Assembly: GCA_947177685.1 (NCBI GenBank)
Contig: CAMWVE010000009.1
Coordinates: forward strand, 6,041-70,040
From: an uncultured Porphyromonadaceae bacterium
GTDB lineage: Bacteria > Bacteroidota > Bacteroidia > Bacteroidales > Muribaculaceae
Direction: 5' to 3'
DNA length: 64,000 nucleotides
The stretch's first letter is position 1; every line of letters starts with the position of its first letter. The position numbers and the translations under genes are program-made. Positions 18,162 to 27,523 of the stretch are shown piece by piece. The notes under the pieces were generated by a model, which did no database searches, was not told the origin of the DNA, and saw only the letters and a list, made by a program, of their open reading frames with translations.

Positions 18162-21100
18162 ATGAAAAAACTGATTTTAGGTGCTGCATTCGCAGTCTCC
18201 TTGTTTGCGGTTACGCCGTATGCCCAAGCCGAAGAGATCAACATCGGCACCGGCACATACGACTTCGCCCGTGAAACGGAGCGCGAAATAGTGCCGGGTG
18301 TGAAATACACCTATTTCAAGACCACCGGTCGAGGGACCTACGGAACCCATGTGTGGATCACCGAGGTGGATCTGACCAATCCGAATGTCAAAATCGAATA
18401 CCACACCGCTGACGGCAACATGGGTGGCACAACGGCGACACTCGCGAACATAGCTACGGCTAACACCTCAGAAAACCATAAGGTTGTTGCCGGAGCGAAT
18501 GCCAACTTCTGGGTAACGACTGAAACGCCTGCCAAAAGTCAGCTGTATTATTATCCGTTCGGCACAGCGGTGTCAAACGGACTGCAGTTCAGCGTCAATC
18601 CCCCTGCCGGAAAGAATTCCCACATAGGAGGTCCCAAGGTGACCGGTTCCATAGCCATCGGCAATGACGGCAGAGCCTACATCAAACGATTCAATTATTT
18701 CTTTTACGTCCAGAACCCGCGTCTCGGGAAAAGCGTTGCCCTCACTGACTGCAACCGCCTTGTCGAAACCAACCGCGCATCGATCTACAACAGTGGCTAC
18801 GGTCGCAACAAATCGTTCAAGCCGGTTAATCTGAATGAGGCAGGCAACGCTTGGGAAATAGTGCCGGGCATATCGACGGAAGTTCTCTGCGACCTTGCCG
18901 AGGGTGAAACAGCCACCGTTGGCGGCGATGTAAAATATGTTGTCAAGGAGATTCGCCTGAACGCCGGAACCGGCACACTCGGCAATCATGACCTTGCCAT
19001 TGTGGGGCGTGACAATAAAGGCACAGCACTCGCCAATTATGCCGTGGGTGACGAAATTATCCTTCAACAGCATTTCAACAGCCTCGACGACACGGTCAAT
19101 GACATCATTCCATCGATGTATAACGCCACCTCGGGCAACGACATCACTATGGAGGCAGGGGAAATCCTCACTGACCTGATCAACAAACAGTCGTACAACG
19201 GCAACAACTATGCGCGTACGCTCTACGGCACCAACGACGACGGCACCAAACTGTGGATTGCAGTGTGCGGCAACAAGACCGGCGAATACACCGGTATGAC
19301 CACCATACAGATGACCAACTTCCTGAAGCATTTAGGCGCAACATACGCCTCGCAGGTTGACTGCGGAGGTTCAGCCCAGATGTATGTCTATGGAAGTCAG
19401 GTGAATAATTCCACTGACGGGTCGTCAATCCGCCCCGTACACTCCGGTATGTTTGTGGTTTACACAGGAGTGATTGACCAGCCCGCACCGGTGATCACAT
19501 CAAGTTCAAAAAAACATGACTTCGGTGAAATAAAGGTAGGCGCTTCAAAGAAGAAAACCTTCACAATCGAAGGCTCTGACCTGCAGGCTGACATCAAGGT
19601 GAGCGTCACCGGCACCGATGCGGCAATGTTCTCCGTCACTCCCTCAAAGATTATCGGCGCTGACCAGAAAGGCACCATAACAGTGACTTATGCCCCCACA
19701 GCTGAAGGCGCGCACACTGCAAAAATCAAGCTTTCGTCGACCGGCGCCACAAATGTCAATATCACTGTCACCGGTTCGAGCATGATGAGTGCGGGAGCGA
19801 ATGTGATTTATCAGGATGACGCGCTGGCTTACGGCATTGAAGCCGAGGCTGAATATACCACAGAGCGTGAATATCAGGACTATGCCATCGGCGAGCTTGA
19901 AGGGAAAACCTTCAAGCGCGTGATAGCCCGCGGCGACATTGTCTACATTCTTGCTCATGACGAAAGCAACAATCCCACAATAGTGGTGTTCAACCATGTC
20001 ACCAAGAAAGTGCTCCGCACACTGGGTACGGCAATCGCCACCGTTGGCAATCCCGGAATCAGCGACATTGCCATCACGGCTGACGGCACACTCGTGGGCA
20101 TGGGATATGTCAAGCAGGGCTACAACGGAACCTCCTACGCCCAGACTTTCAAATGGGCAAAGGATGAGAATGGCATCGCTACCGGTGAAGCTGTGAAATG
20201 GTTCCTTGGCAACAACAGCGGTAACTGGACCAACGCTTACATAGGAGAGTCAATGCTTGTTCAGGGAGACATCAACACAGGCAAAATCATCTACACAGCG
20301 CAAACCACAGGCACATCTGGTGATATACGTTATGCAATCGGAACACTGAATGGCGACAAAGCACCAACGTTCAGTTATAATAAGCAGGTATCAGGATACT
20401 CGAAAACCGGACTCGGCGAAGTTCTTACATTCCCCTCGCCTTTCAACGAAAACAACATCATCATTCAAGGCTCAGCCAAAGCATGTGCCGAACTGGAAAT
20501 GAAAAGCGCTGCTGCCGGAGTGCCGACAGTGGTTGGAACCGTTCCGACTGCAAACGTAGCTAAAGCCCAGTATCACACCGGCATATTCCGTTACGGCGGC
20601 AAAATCTACATGACAACTCCCACCTCCTCAAGCGGGCAGATCAACGGAGTCAGGTTGGTTGACATAACCGACGGTCTTGCCAATGCACAGACCGTGACCC
20701 TGTCATATAAGGCACTGACAAAGAAAGAGGGTATTGCCAAGGCAGCAACCGTGGGTACTACCCAGATAACCATGAAGGATGGTCAGTTTGTGGAAGCCCG
20801 ACTGGTTATTCTTGCCCTGCGCGACGGTAAGCTGTCGAAATTCATCACCAAGTCAACTATAACCGATCCGGTGGATGAAGAGCCTTCGATCAACTCAACG
20901 GCTCCAATGAGTATTGACTTTGAGAAAGTTATGATAGGTTCGTCAAGCAACAGATCATATACTGTTGAAGGACTGAATCTGAAGGATGACATCACCCTGA
21001 AAGTGGATGGTGAAGGTTTCAGCGTCAGCCCCGCGGTTATTTCAAAAGATACTCCCACTGCCACCTACCAGATTACATTCTCGCCCACAGCCAAGGCTAA

Positions 21101-22703
21101 ATACAGCGGAACACTCACCATAGCCACAACTGATGCGGAACCGATTGAACTGGAACTGAAAGGCGCAGGCGTGGTGGAGGATCCGAATATTCCCCAGATT
21201 GAGGGCGACCGTGGTCACCATGCCTACAACCTGTCGCTGGCAAACATTGAAAACGAGGGTGTGGTGACAGGTGCGCGAATCAATTTCCACCTCACCGGTG
21301 ACGTCCGCAATGTCAAGCTTCACCTCTATCGCGTGAATGAAAGTGACCCCGAAAATCCTGCCATGCGAGCCAAAGCCAAGGAAAAAGCGGAGGTTCAGCC
21401 TGACTACACCATGGAGTTGGGCGAACTCAAAGCAGGCGAGAACTCCCATGACATTGACTTCACCGGCATGCAGACCGGAAAATATGACTGGAAGCTGGAA
21501 GTGGAAAGCTACATTGTGCGTACGAGCGCCAAAGTATTCCAGTATGCTCCGGGAAAGACAAACTGCAACGGTGGTGTAACCGTAATCACCGACCACAACA
21601 GCCCGGCTTACGGCAAGATCGTAGCCTCGAACGGCTACGCTCAGGGATTCATGGTAATCAGCCCGACACATGAGTATGAAGGCACATATTGCGCCAACAC
21701 TGCCACATGGATGAGCGACAACGCCAGCTCGACCTACCGCATCGCAGCCCGTGACAACGGCGTGGTCTATGCCGCTGACTTCAGCAAAGATGGAGCGGGT
21801 GCATGGGCTTTCGACCCTGCAAATCCCGAAGCCGGCACATATAATATTTTCAGCGGCACCAAGGACGCCGACGGATGCTGGACACTGGCTGACGGCACCG
21901 TGGTGGGCGGACGTGCCTCCGGAATAGCTTTCGCCGGCAACGGTGACGCCACTCAGCTGTGGATGTTCCAGAACGCGCTCTCAAGCGTTCTCTGCCGCTA
22001 CGACATCGGCAACTCGCAGATGATTGAACAGGCGCCTGTCAAAATCAACAACATCAGCGGCAGCTCGCTGATGCTGAACGCCAACGTGAGCATCTTTGTT
22101 GACGAAGGGAAGGGACTGTTATTGTCGCAGACCCGTGGCGCAGGCAACAACAACACTTCCGCTCCGTCGCTGGTCTATGCCACATTCGACGGCAATGTAA
22201 TCTACAATTCCGGCAGCCACACCGAACTGTTTGCCAACGGCTCGGCAGGTGGTGTGGCTCTGAACGCTGACCGCACCATTCTGGCACTCGGAACAGCATC
22301 AGGTATCCTTCTCTACGATGTGGAATGGGATGCTGACGGCAAACCTACGCTCAGCCTGCGCGAAACTTCGGCACTTCCTGCGTCGGCAAATGCACGCCAG
22401 CTTGTGTTCGACAATGCTGACAACCTGATTGCTTATCAGCAAAGTGCCGATGCGAAACAGTCAGGCGTTAACATCTATGCCATCGGTCGTGACGAGCGCG
22501 TCGTAACCCACACCCCGGCTCCGGTTCTGATGAGTATCGACGACACTATCACCGGCGTGGAAAACATCGAGTTAGATGAAACCTCAACAACTCCGGTGTT
22601 CTACAACATCCACGGAGTGCGCATGCCTTCAGGCGATGACCTGCTGCCCGGACTCTACCTGAAAGTCACCGGTAAGAAAATAGAAAAGGTAATTATCCGA
22701 TAA
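18162..22703 (+). CDS. giant secreted paralogue (1513 aa) of the divergent neighbour: phosphodiester glycosidase-like domain, Ig-like repeats, T9SS C-terminal sorting domain
   Basis: Signal peptide MKKLILGAAFAVSLFAVTPYAQA. Colinear with the 11706..17891 product (AGANANFW, YGTNDDGTKLWIAVCGNK, QVDCGGSAQM, VIARGDIVYIL, GISDIAITADG, HTGIFRYGGKIYMT). Ends ...LLPGLYLKVTGKKIEKVIIR. Confidence 0.7.
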   Translation: MKKLILGAAFAVSLFAVTPYAQAEEINIGTGTYDFARETEREIVPGVKYTYFKTTGRGTYGTHVWITEVDLTNPNVKIEYHTADGNMGGTTATLANIATANTSENHKVVAGANANFWVTTETPAKSQLYYYPFGTAVSNGLQFSVNPPAGKNSHIGGPKVTGSIAIGNDGRAYIKRFNYFFYVQNPRLGKSVALTDCNRLVETNRASIYNSGYGRNKSFKPVNLNEAGNAWEIVPGISTEVLCDLAEGETATVGGDVKYVVKEIRLNAGTGTLGNHDLAIVGRDNKGTALANYAVGDEIILQQHFNSLDDTVNDIIPSMYNATSGNDITMEAGEILTDLINKQSYNGNNYARTLYGTNDDGTKLWIAVCGNKTGEYTGMTTIQMTNFLKHLGATYASQVDCGGSAQMYVYGSQVNNSTDGSSIRPVHSGMFVVYTGVIDQPAPVITSSSKKHDFGEIKVGASKKKTFTIEGSDLQADIKVSVTGTDAAMFSVTPSKIIGADQKGTITVTYAPTAEGAHTAKIKLSSTGATNVNITVTGSSMMSAGANVIYQDDALAYGIEAEAEYTTEREYQDYAIGELEGKTFKRVIARGDIVYILAHDESNNPTIVVFNHVTKKVLRTLGTAIATVGNPGISDIAITADGTLVGMGYVKQGYNGTSYAQTFKWAKDENGIATGEAVKWFLGNNSGNWTNAYIGESMLVQGDINTGKIIYTAQTTGTSGDIRYAIGTLNGDKAPTFSYNKQVSGYSKTGLGEVLTFPSPFNENNIIIQGSAKACAELEMKSAAAGVPTVVGTVPTANVAKAQYHTGIFRYGGKIYMTTPTSSSGQINGVRLVDITDGLANAQTVTLSYKALTKKEGIAKAATVGTTQITMKDGQFVEARLVILALRDGKLSKFITKSTITDPVDEEPSINSTAPMSIDFEKVMIGSSSNRSYTVEGLNLKDDITLKVDGEGFSVSPAVISKDTPTATYQITFSPTAKAKYSGTLTIATTDAEPIELELKGAGVVEDPNIPQIEGDRGHHAYNLSLANIENEGVVTGARINFHLTGDVRNVKLHLYRVNESDPENPAMRAKAKEKAEVQPDYTMELGELKAGENSHDIDFTGMQTGKYDWKLEVESYIVRTSAKVFQYAPGKTNCNGGVTVITDHNSPAYGKIVASNGYAQGFMVISPTHEYEGTYCANTATWMSDNASSTYRIAARDNGVVYAADFSKDGAGAWAFDPANPEAGTYNIFSGTKDADGCWTLADGTVVGGRASGIAFAGNGDATQLWMFQNALSSVLCRYDIGNSQMIEQAPVKINNISGSSLMLNANVSIFVDEGKGLLLSQTRGAGNNNTSAPSLVYATFDGNVIYNSGSHTELFANGSAGGVALNADRTILALGTASGILLYDVEWDADGKPTLSLRETSALPASANARQLVFDNADNLIAYQQSADAKQSGVNIYAIGRDERVVTHTPAPVLMSIDDTITGVENIELDETSTTPVFYNIHGVRMPSGDDLLPGLYLKVTGKKIEKVIIR

Positions 22704-22727
22704 CTTAGACTTAACATCATTATAAGG

Positions 22728-22764
22728 CAATCAGCCATTTAGCGTTCGGCTAAATGGCTGATTG
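22728..22764. terminator. bidirectional hairpin terminator between convergent genes
   Basis: 16-bp perfect stem caatcagccatttagc / gctaaatggctgattg, followed by ttttac. Lies between the stop at 22703 (+) and the stop at 22786 (-). Confidence 0.75.
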
Positions 22765-22785
22765 TTTTACTTATAGCGGATACTC

Positions 22786-24234
22786 TTATGCTTCCGGCAG
22801 GTCTATGGGCTGCTTGACTGATGTGGTGTCGACAGGGACGGGTGAGGGCACGGTGTCGGAAGGAACGACAACGGAGTCAGGCTTGGCGAAGGTACTGCCT
22901 GATTGCCGCAGTAAACGGCGCACTTTGCCTGCCACACCGCTGCTGCAAACGTTGTAGACATTGAAGGCTATGACAATGTCCGTGATGCCTGTGTCTCTGA
23001 CGTAGCGCTCCAGATTGTGGGGGAAATAGCGGAAGTCGACAACATGGATTTCCGAAAATGAATGGAACAGATAGCCGGGCAGCGTGTTGCCGAAGGAGTC
23101 CTTGATTATCATGAGCCTGCGGTTGCCCGGAGTGCCGGTTTCTACTTTTACAAGGTGCTGGTCGCCACCCATGAAGGTGCAGTACGCGCCGCCGCTGCCA
23201 TCTTTGAAATGATGGAAGAACTGACCTGCATAGGGCTTCGACTCTGAAATAACCTGATAGTCTTTGTTGAGCCCGTAGGTTATGTATGTGGTCTTGTAGT
23301 CGACGCCGGTGGGTGTGTAATAGACGAAATCCTCCGGGGCGTTCTTGACAGAAATATCCTTGGAGTAGCCATACATTGACCCGACATAGCCTTTGACTAC
23401 ATGGCGGGCGTAGCTGTCGAGTTCCTTGAACGGTACGCCGGCGGCACGGGCAAGCTCGCGCGCTGCATAGAAACCGCCGAGCGGCGCCCAGTGGTGGTCG
23501 GTACGCAGATAAATATCCTCGGCGGTGTGTGCGGCGAGAGCCGAGTATGCATCGACAAAGGTAACATCGGGCGACAGGTTGTCGCGGATGTAGTCGATGG
23601 TGGTTTTTTGCGAACGGCTCGCCTTGGAAGCCTTCTCAGGCAGATAGAACTCGGCAGCCTGCGGCGCCACAAGTGCATAGACACGCACTCCCGGAAAGAG
23701 CTCGGCGAAGTGGTCGACCAACCCTATGTAGGGTTTGCCTGACGTGGGACTGCCCCCGAATGCCATCAGGGCACGCACATTTTCGCCCGAACCTACGATT
23801 ATGATGCCGGCGTTGGCGAGCTTGGCGTTTTCGTCGGCTTCGGGGTGTGCCGTGGTGTCGGCAGTCGACTCCTGATTTTCCGCTACGGCATCGTCGCCGT
23901 CATCAGGCGCCGAGGGGCGGAACAGAACCATATCCTCCTTGTTGCCGAGCGAGAAGCGCAGCATGTTGCGGATGTTCATGCTCAGTGTCATGAAGTGGTC
24001 GCGGAACGGCTCGGTGTCGCTGAACCACTGCGAAATAGCAGCGGTCTTTTCGGCAGCGCGCATGGTGGTGTCGGCAAGATTGGGGAAGTCTATCATGTCG
24101 CGCTTCTCCAGTTCGGAATAGCGGGTGCGTGGAAAGAACAGGAACACCACTGTCATTGCAACGAACGCGAGCCCGGCAATGATGAGATATGCCCGATGGG
24201 CACCTGCCGGAACTTCTGGACGGGGGGTTGTCAT
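22786..24234 (-). CDS. DHHW-motif protein (AlgJ/AlgX-like SGNH-type O-acyl transfer partner)
   Basis: N-terminal TM anchor. YLRTDHHWAPLGGFYAARELA (DHHW motif). C-terminal IKDSFGN...VVDFRYF shared with the upstream paralogue. ATGA overlap with the upstream gene. Confidence 0.75.
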   Translation of the reverse strand: MTTPRPEVPAGAHRAYLIIAGLAFVAMTVVFLFFPRTRYSELEKRDMIDFPNLADTTMRAAEKTAAISQWFSDTEPFRDHFMTLSMNIRNMLRFSLGNKEDMVLFRPSAPDDGDDAVAENQESTADTTAHPEADENAKLANAGIIIVGSGENVRALMAFGGSPTSGKPYIGLVDHFAELFPGVRVYALVAPQAAEFYLPEKASKASRSQKTTIDYIRDNLSPDVTFVDAYSALAAHTAEDIYLRTDHHWAPLGGFYAARELARAAGVPFKELDSYARHVVKGYVGSMYGYSKDISVKNAPEDFVYYTPTGVDYKTTYITYGLNKDYQVISESKPYAGQFFHHFKDGSGGAYCTFMGGDQHLVKVETGTPGNRRLMIIKDSFGNTLPGYLFHSFSEIHVVDFRYFPHNLERYVRDTGITDIVIAFNVYNVCSSGVAGKVRRLLRQSGSTFAKPDSVVVPSDTVPSPVPVDTTSVKQPIDLPEA

Positions 24235-25409
24235 CGGTCGGAGTCTTTGCCTTGTTTCAACATTATGTTAAGGCGCTCGGTGGTACCGGGGGCGAACGCG
24301 AGCGACAGACTGTGGACAAACAGCAGGTCGGTGATGCCGTTGTCACGCGCGTAGTCGACAAGGTTGTGGGGGAAGTAGCGGAAATCGACAACATGCACTT
24401 CCTCGAACGATCCGAACAGGCATGATGCCATGGCATTGCCGTAGCTGTCCTTGACAATAAGAAGTCGGCGTCCGGGTGTGCCTCCGGTGCCGGTTGTCTT
24501 TACGGTGCGGGTGTCGCCACCCATGAAAACGCAGTAGGCAGCTCCGCTTCCATCGGGCAGATCCTTGAAAAACGGCTGCACGTTTGGTTCGCTCTCGGCG
24601 CGTGTCTTTCCCTTTTCAATGGTGTAGGTTATGAATTCCGAGGTGTAGCCTTCCGGGGGCATATAATAAATGAAGTCCTCCGAGGCTTTCTTTATCTCAG
24701 GGTCATAGGTGTAGCGGTACATGCTGCCGACGTAATCATGGATGGTGTCGCTGCGGAGCTGCTCCATGGGACGGAACCCTACGCCTGCCACCTCGGCAAA
24801 CAGTTTGGAGGCATAGTAGGCGCCTAAGGGCGACCAGTGGTGGTCGGTGCGGCTGTATATCTTTTCATCGAGGTGAGCCTTGAGTGTGTCATTGACAAAT
24901 ATGGGGGTTACGTCGGGCGACAGATAGCTCGCAGCCTGCTCGATGGCAGCCTGTTCGGCGCCGGCTGTCGACAGCATTTCCGGCATGTAATATTCGCCCT
25001 GCGAGGGTGCAATGAGCGAATAGACCCTCACCGAGTCAGGAGCAAGTTCGGCTGCGTATGCGTTGATAGCCTCGGAGTAAGGTCGTCCCATGGCTCCGTT
25101 GCCGGAGTAGGGCTGCATGGAACGGACAAAGCCTGCACTGTCGCGCCATGTAATGATGCCACGGCGACCGCGGCGAATCCATTGGCTGCCGTCAGCGCTT
25201 TTCCACAGCACTTTGACGCGCGTGTTGGAGTAGTTCTTCTTGCCGGAGCGGCGTCGTGAACCGGATTTCTTGCTTTTACCGGATTTGGTGGCTGCGGCAA
25301 CCTCGAAGGGAAGCTCTGGAGAAACAATCAGGGCAACACCGCACATCACTGTCACCATAAGGCGAAGCGACACGGCGAAAGTACGCAAGCGGGAGGTCAG
25401 TTTTTTCAT
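24231..25409 (-). CDS. DHHW-motif protein (AlgJ/AlgX-like), paralogue of 22786..24234
   Basis: The ATG at 25409 gives MKKLTSRLRTFAVSL... (signal/anchor). YSRTDHHWSPLGAYYASKLFA; VKDSYGN...VVDFRYFPHNL. Confidence 0.75.
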   Translation of the reverse strand: MKKLTSRLRTFAVSLRLMVTVMCGVALIVSPELPFEVAAATKSGKSKKSGSRRRSGKKNYSNTRVKVLWKSADGSQWIRRGRRGIITWRDSAGFVRSMQPYSGNGAMGRPYSEAINAYAAELAPDSVRVYSLIAPSQGEYYMPEMLSTAGAEQAAIEQAASYLSPDVTPIFVNDTLKAHLDEKIYSRTDHHWSPLGAYYASKLFAEVAGVGFRPMEQLRSDTIHDYVGSMYRYTYDPEIKKASEDFIYYMPPEGYTSEFITYTIEKGKTRAESEPNVQPFFKDLPDGSGAAYCVFMGGDTRTVKTTGTGGTPGRRLLIVKDSYGNAMASCLFGSFEEVHVVDFRYFPHNLVDYARDNGITDLLFVHSLSLAFAPGTTERLNIMLKQGKDSDR

Positions 25410-25413
25410 TTTT

Positions 25414-26877
25414 TCAGAAACGGGTGTAAATAAAGGCGTTGTTGGTGGCGCCGACAAGCAGTGCCACGCTGACAACAAGAATGATCACAGAGATTATGGC
25501 GCGGGAAATTTGCAGCGCGTACGCACCGGTGGCAGATGCGCTGTTTGCCACCATGGAGTCGGCAGCGTCAGCCAGTCGGGAGCGCAACGGCAGGCAGAGG
25601 GCGATGGCGGCAAGCCATAGCCAGAGATTGTCGACTATGACACTCTCCACCTCCAATGGCAGTCCGGAACCTTCGCCAAAGCCGAAGAATGCGTGAAAAA
25701 ACTGCCCCAGACGTCCGAAGTCGTCGAAATAGAACAGCCCCCACCCTACGATTATCACGAACAGGCTGTAGATGTGGAGCGCAACCCGGGGCAGATGCCA
25801 CCGCAGCAACGTGTACTTTTCAATCATGATTATCAGTCCGAAGTAAAGTCCCCACAGAATGAAGTTCCAGCTTGCGCCGTGCCACATTCCGGTCAGGAAC
25901 CAAACGGTGAGTATGTTCAACACCTGATGACGGCGATTGCCACCCATGGGAATATACACATAGTCGCGGAAGAACGAGCCGAGGCTCATGTGCCAGCGAC
26001 GCCAGAAGTCAGTGATGGAGTTGCAGGTGTAGGGGTGATTGAAGTTCTCCGGGAAATGGAATCCGACGCTGCGTCCCAGCCCTATCGCCATGTCGGAGTA
26101 GCCTGAGAAGTCGAAGTAGATCTGCAGCGTAAAGGCTATTATGCCTACCCACGCGCCGGCTGTGGAGAGGTGCGCGAGGTTTCCGCCAAGCAGCTGAGTG
26201 GCTATCTCGCCCAGAATGTTGGCAAAAATCACTTTTTTGCCCAAGCCTATGAAGAAGCGGTAGGAGCCTGCCGAGATGTCGGCATGGGTGACGGTGCGGT
26301 GGTTGATTTCTTCTGCCACTGTGCCATAGCGCACAATTGGTCCGGCAATGAGCTGCGGAAACATGGCAATGTAGAGCAGCAGGTCGAGCATGGATTTCTG
26401 CACGGGCGACAGTCGCCGATAGACGTCGGTCAGATAGGAGATAGATTGGAAGATGTAGAAACTGATGCCTATGGGGAGCGCAATCTGCGGGTCAGGCACC
26501 TCAAGCCCTATCTGCGAGAGCGCACCGGCAAAGAATCCTAAATACTTGAAACTGCCTAAGATAACGAGGTCAAGCCCCACACCAATGATGAGCCATAACT
26601 TTCGCATGCCGTCACTTCGACCGGCATCGATTGCGAGTCCGCACCAGTAGTTTATCACCACTGCCAACAGCATCAGCATCACATAAACCGGCTCGCCCCA
26701 TGAATAAAACAGCAGCGAGAAGAGTGTCAGCGAAAGGTTGCGCCATAGCATGGGTCGCTTAAGCGTATCGCCGTCAGCGGCTGCTATGCGCCTGCGGTCG
26801 AGCCATCCGCCACCAAGGTAGGTCAGGATGAACAGCGGCAGAAAAACGAATATGAACAGAAGGTCGGAAAATACCAT
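25414..26877 (-). CDS. MBOAT family membrane O-acyltransferase (AlgI/DltB-like)
   Basis: MVFSDLLFIFVFLPLF start. FDFSGYSDMAIGLGR and RRWHMSLGSFFRDYVYIPMGGNR (the conserved MBOAT His region). First gene of a three-gene minus-strand operon. Confidence 0.9.
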   Translation of the reverse strand: MVFSDLLFIFVFLPLFILTYLGGGWLDRRRIAAADGDTLKRPMLWRNLSLTLFSLLFYSWGEPVYVMLMLLAVVINYWCGLAIDAGRSDGMRKLWLIIGVGLDLVILGSFKYLGFFAGALSQIGLEVPDPQIALPIGISFYIFQSISYLTDVYRRLSPVQKSMLDLLLYIAMFPQLIAGPIVRYGTVAEEINHRTVTHADISAGSYRFFIGLGKKVIFANILGEIATQLLGGNLAHLSTAGAWVGIIAFTLQIYFDFSGYSDMAIGLGRSVGFHFPENFNHPYTCNSITDFWRRWHMSLGSFFRDYVYIPMGGNRRHQVLNILTVWFLTGMWHGASWNFILWGLYFGLIIMIEKYTLLRWHLPRVALHIYSLFVIIVGWGLFYFDDFGRLGQFFHAFFGFGEGSGLPLEVESVIVDNLWLWLAAIALCLPLRSRLADAADSMVANSASATGAYALQISRAIISVIILVVSVALLVGATNNAFIYTRF

Positions 26878-27067
26878 TTTGCACTATCTTTATATGTCGA
26901 TATCGGCAGCGACAAGCCCCGTTATTTACACGGTGCAAAAGTAGTAAATTATAACCTATCTGCAAAATCTGGCACCCTCAACATTTAGCCAATGAAATAG
27001 CCCGTCCCCCAACTTTTAATTCATTGAGGCGACAGGCATTATAAGTAAACGGAAACCGGGGTATTAG

Positions 27068-27108
27068 CCCCCGTTACCCGGACTTAACAAATATTGGTGA
27101 GCCGGGGG
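27068..27108 (+). repeat. dispersed intergenic repeat, copy 3 (more diverged; flanked by a cccccg/cggggg inverted pair)
   Basis: cccccgttacccggacttaacaaatattggtgagccggggg. Shares the cttaacaaatattgg core with copy 2, same orientation. Confidence 0.65.
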
Positions 27109-27110
27109 TA

Positions 27111-27473
27111 CTACTCGGCGTAAAGATTTTCCTCCTGCTGAGGGATATATTGTTCTACGAGTTTGCTGATCTTTTTCATGTCAGGTTTCTTGTCGGCATA
27201 GTCGATAAGCATACCAACGGGATACAGATCGGGATCCGATGCAGACTGGAAATCAGCAGCATCCTCCGAGTAATCGCCATCCTCGACCGCGTCCTCTTCA
27301 ATGGCGTAGTCATTGTACTCGATTACGCGGTCAGCGTCATCGTGTCGTTCAATACTTACCAACAGAGTTGTTGGGATTATGCTTATCTGAGGGTCTTTGC
27401 CCCACATTCCGGGATTGTTGATGACTTCTGCCACTTGTTTGGCAATAATGTCAGTGAGTTCTTCTCTTGTCAT
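27111..27473 (-). CDS. acidic hypothetical protein (120 aa)
   Basis: Clean ATG ORF with sequence composition like its core-genome neighbours. No recognisable motif. Confidence 0.6.
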   Translation of the reverse strand: MTREELTDIIAKQVAEVINNPGMWGKDPQISIIPTTLLVSIERHDDADRVIEYNDYAIEEDAVEDGDYSEDAADFQSASDPDLYPVGMLIDYADKKPDMKKISKLVEQYIPQQEENLYAE

Positions 27474-27523
27474 AATAGCTTTTTGTTATTACAACATCTG
27501 AATCAAGGAATTGGTTCTCACGG

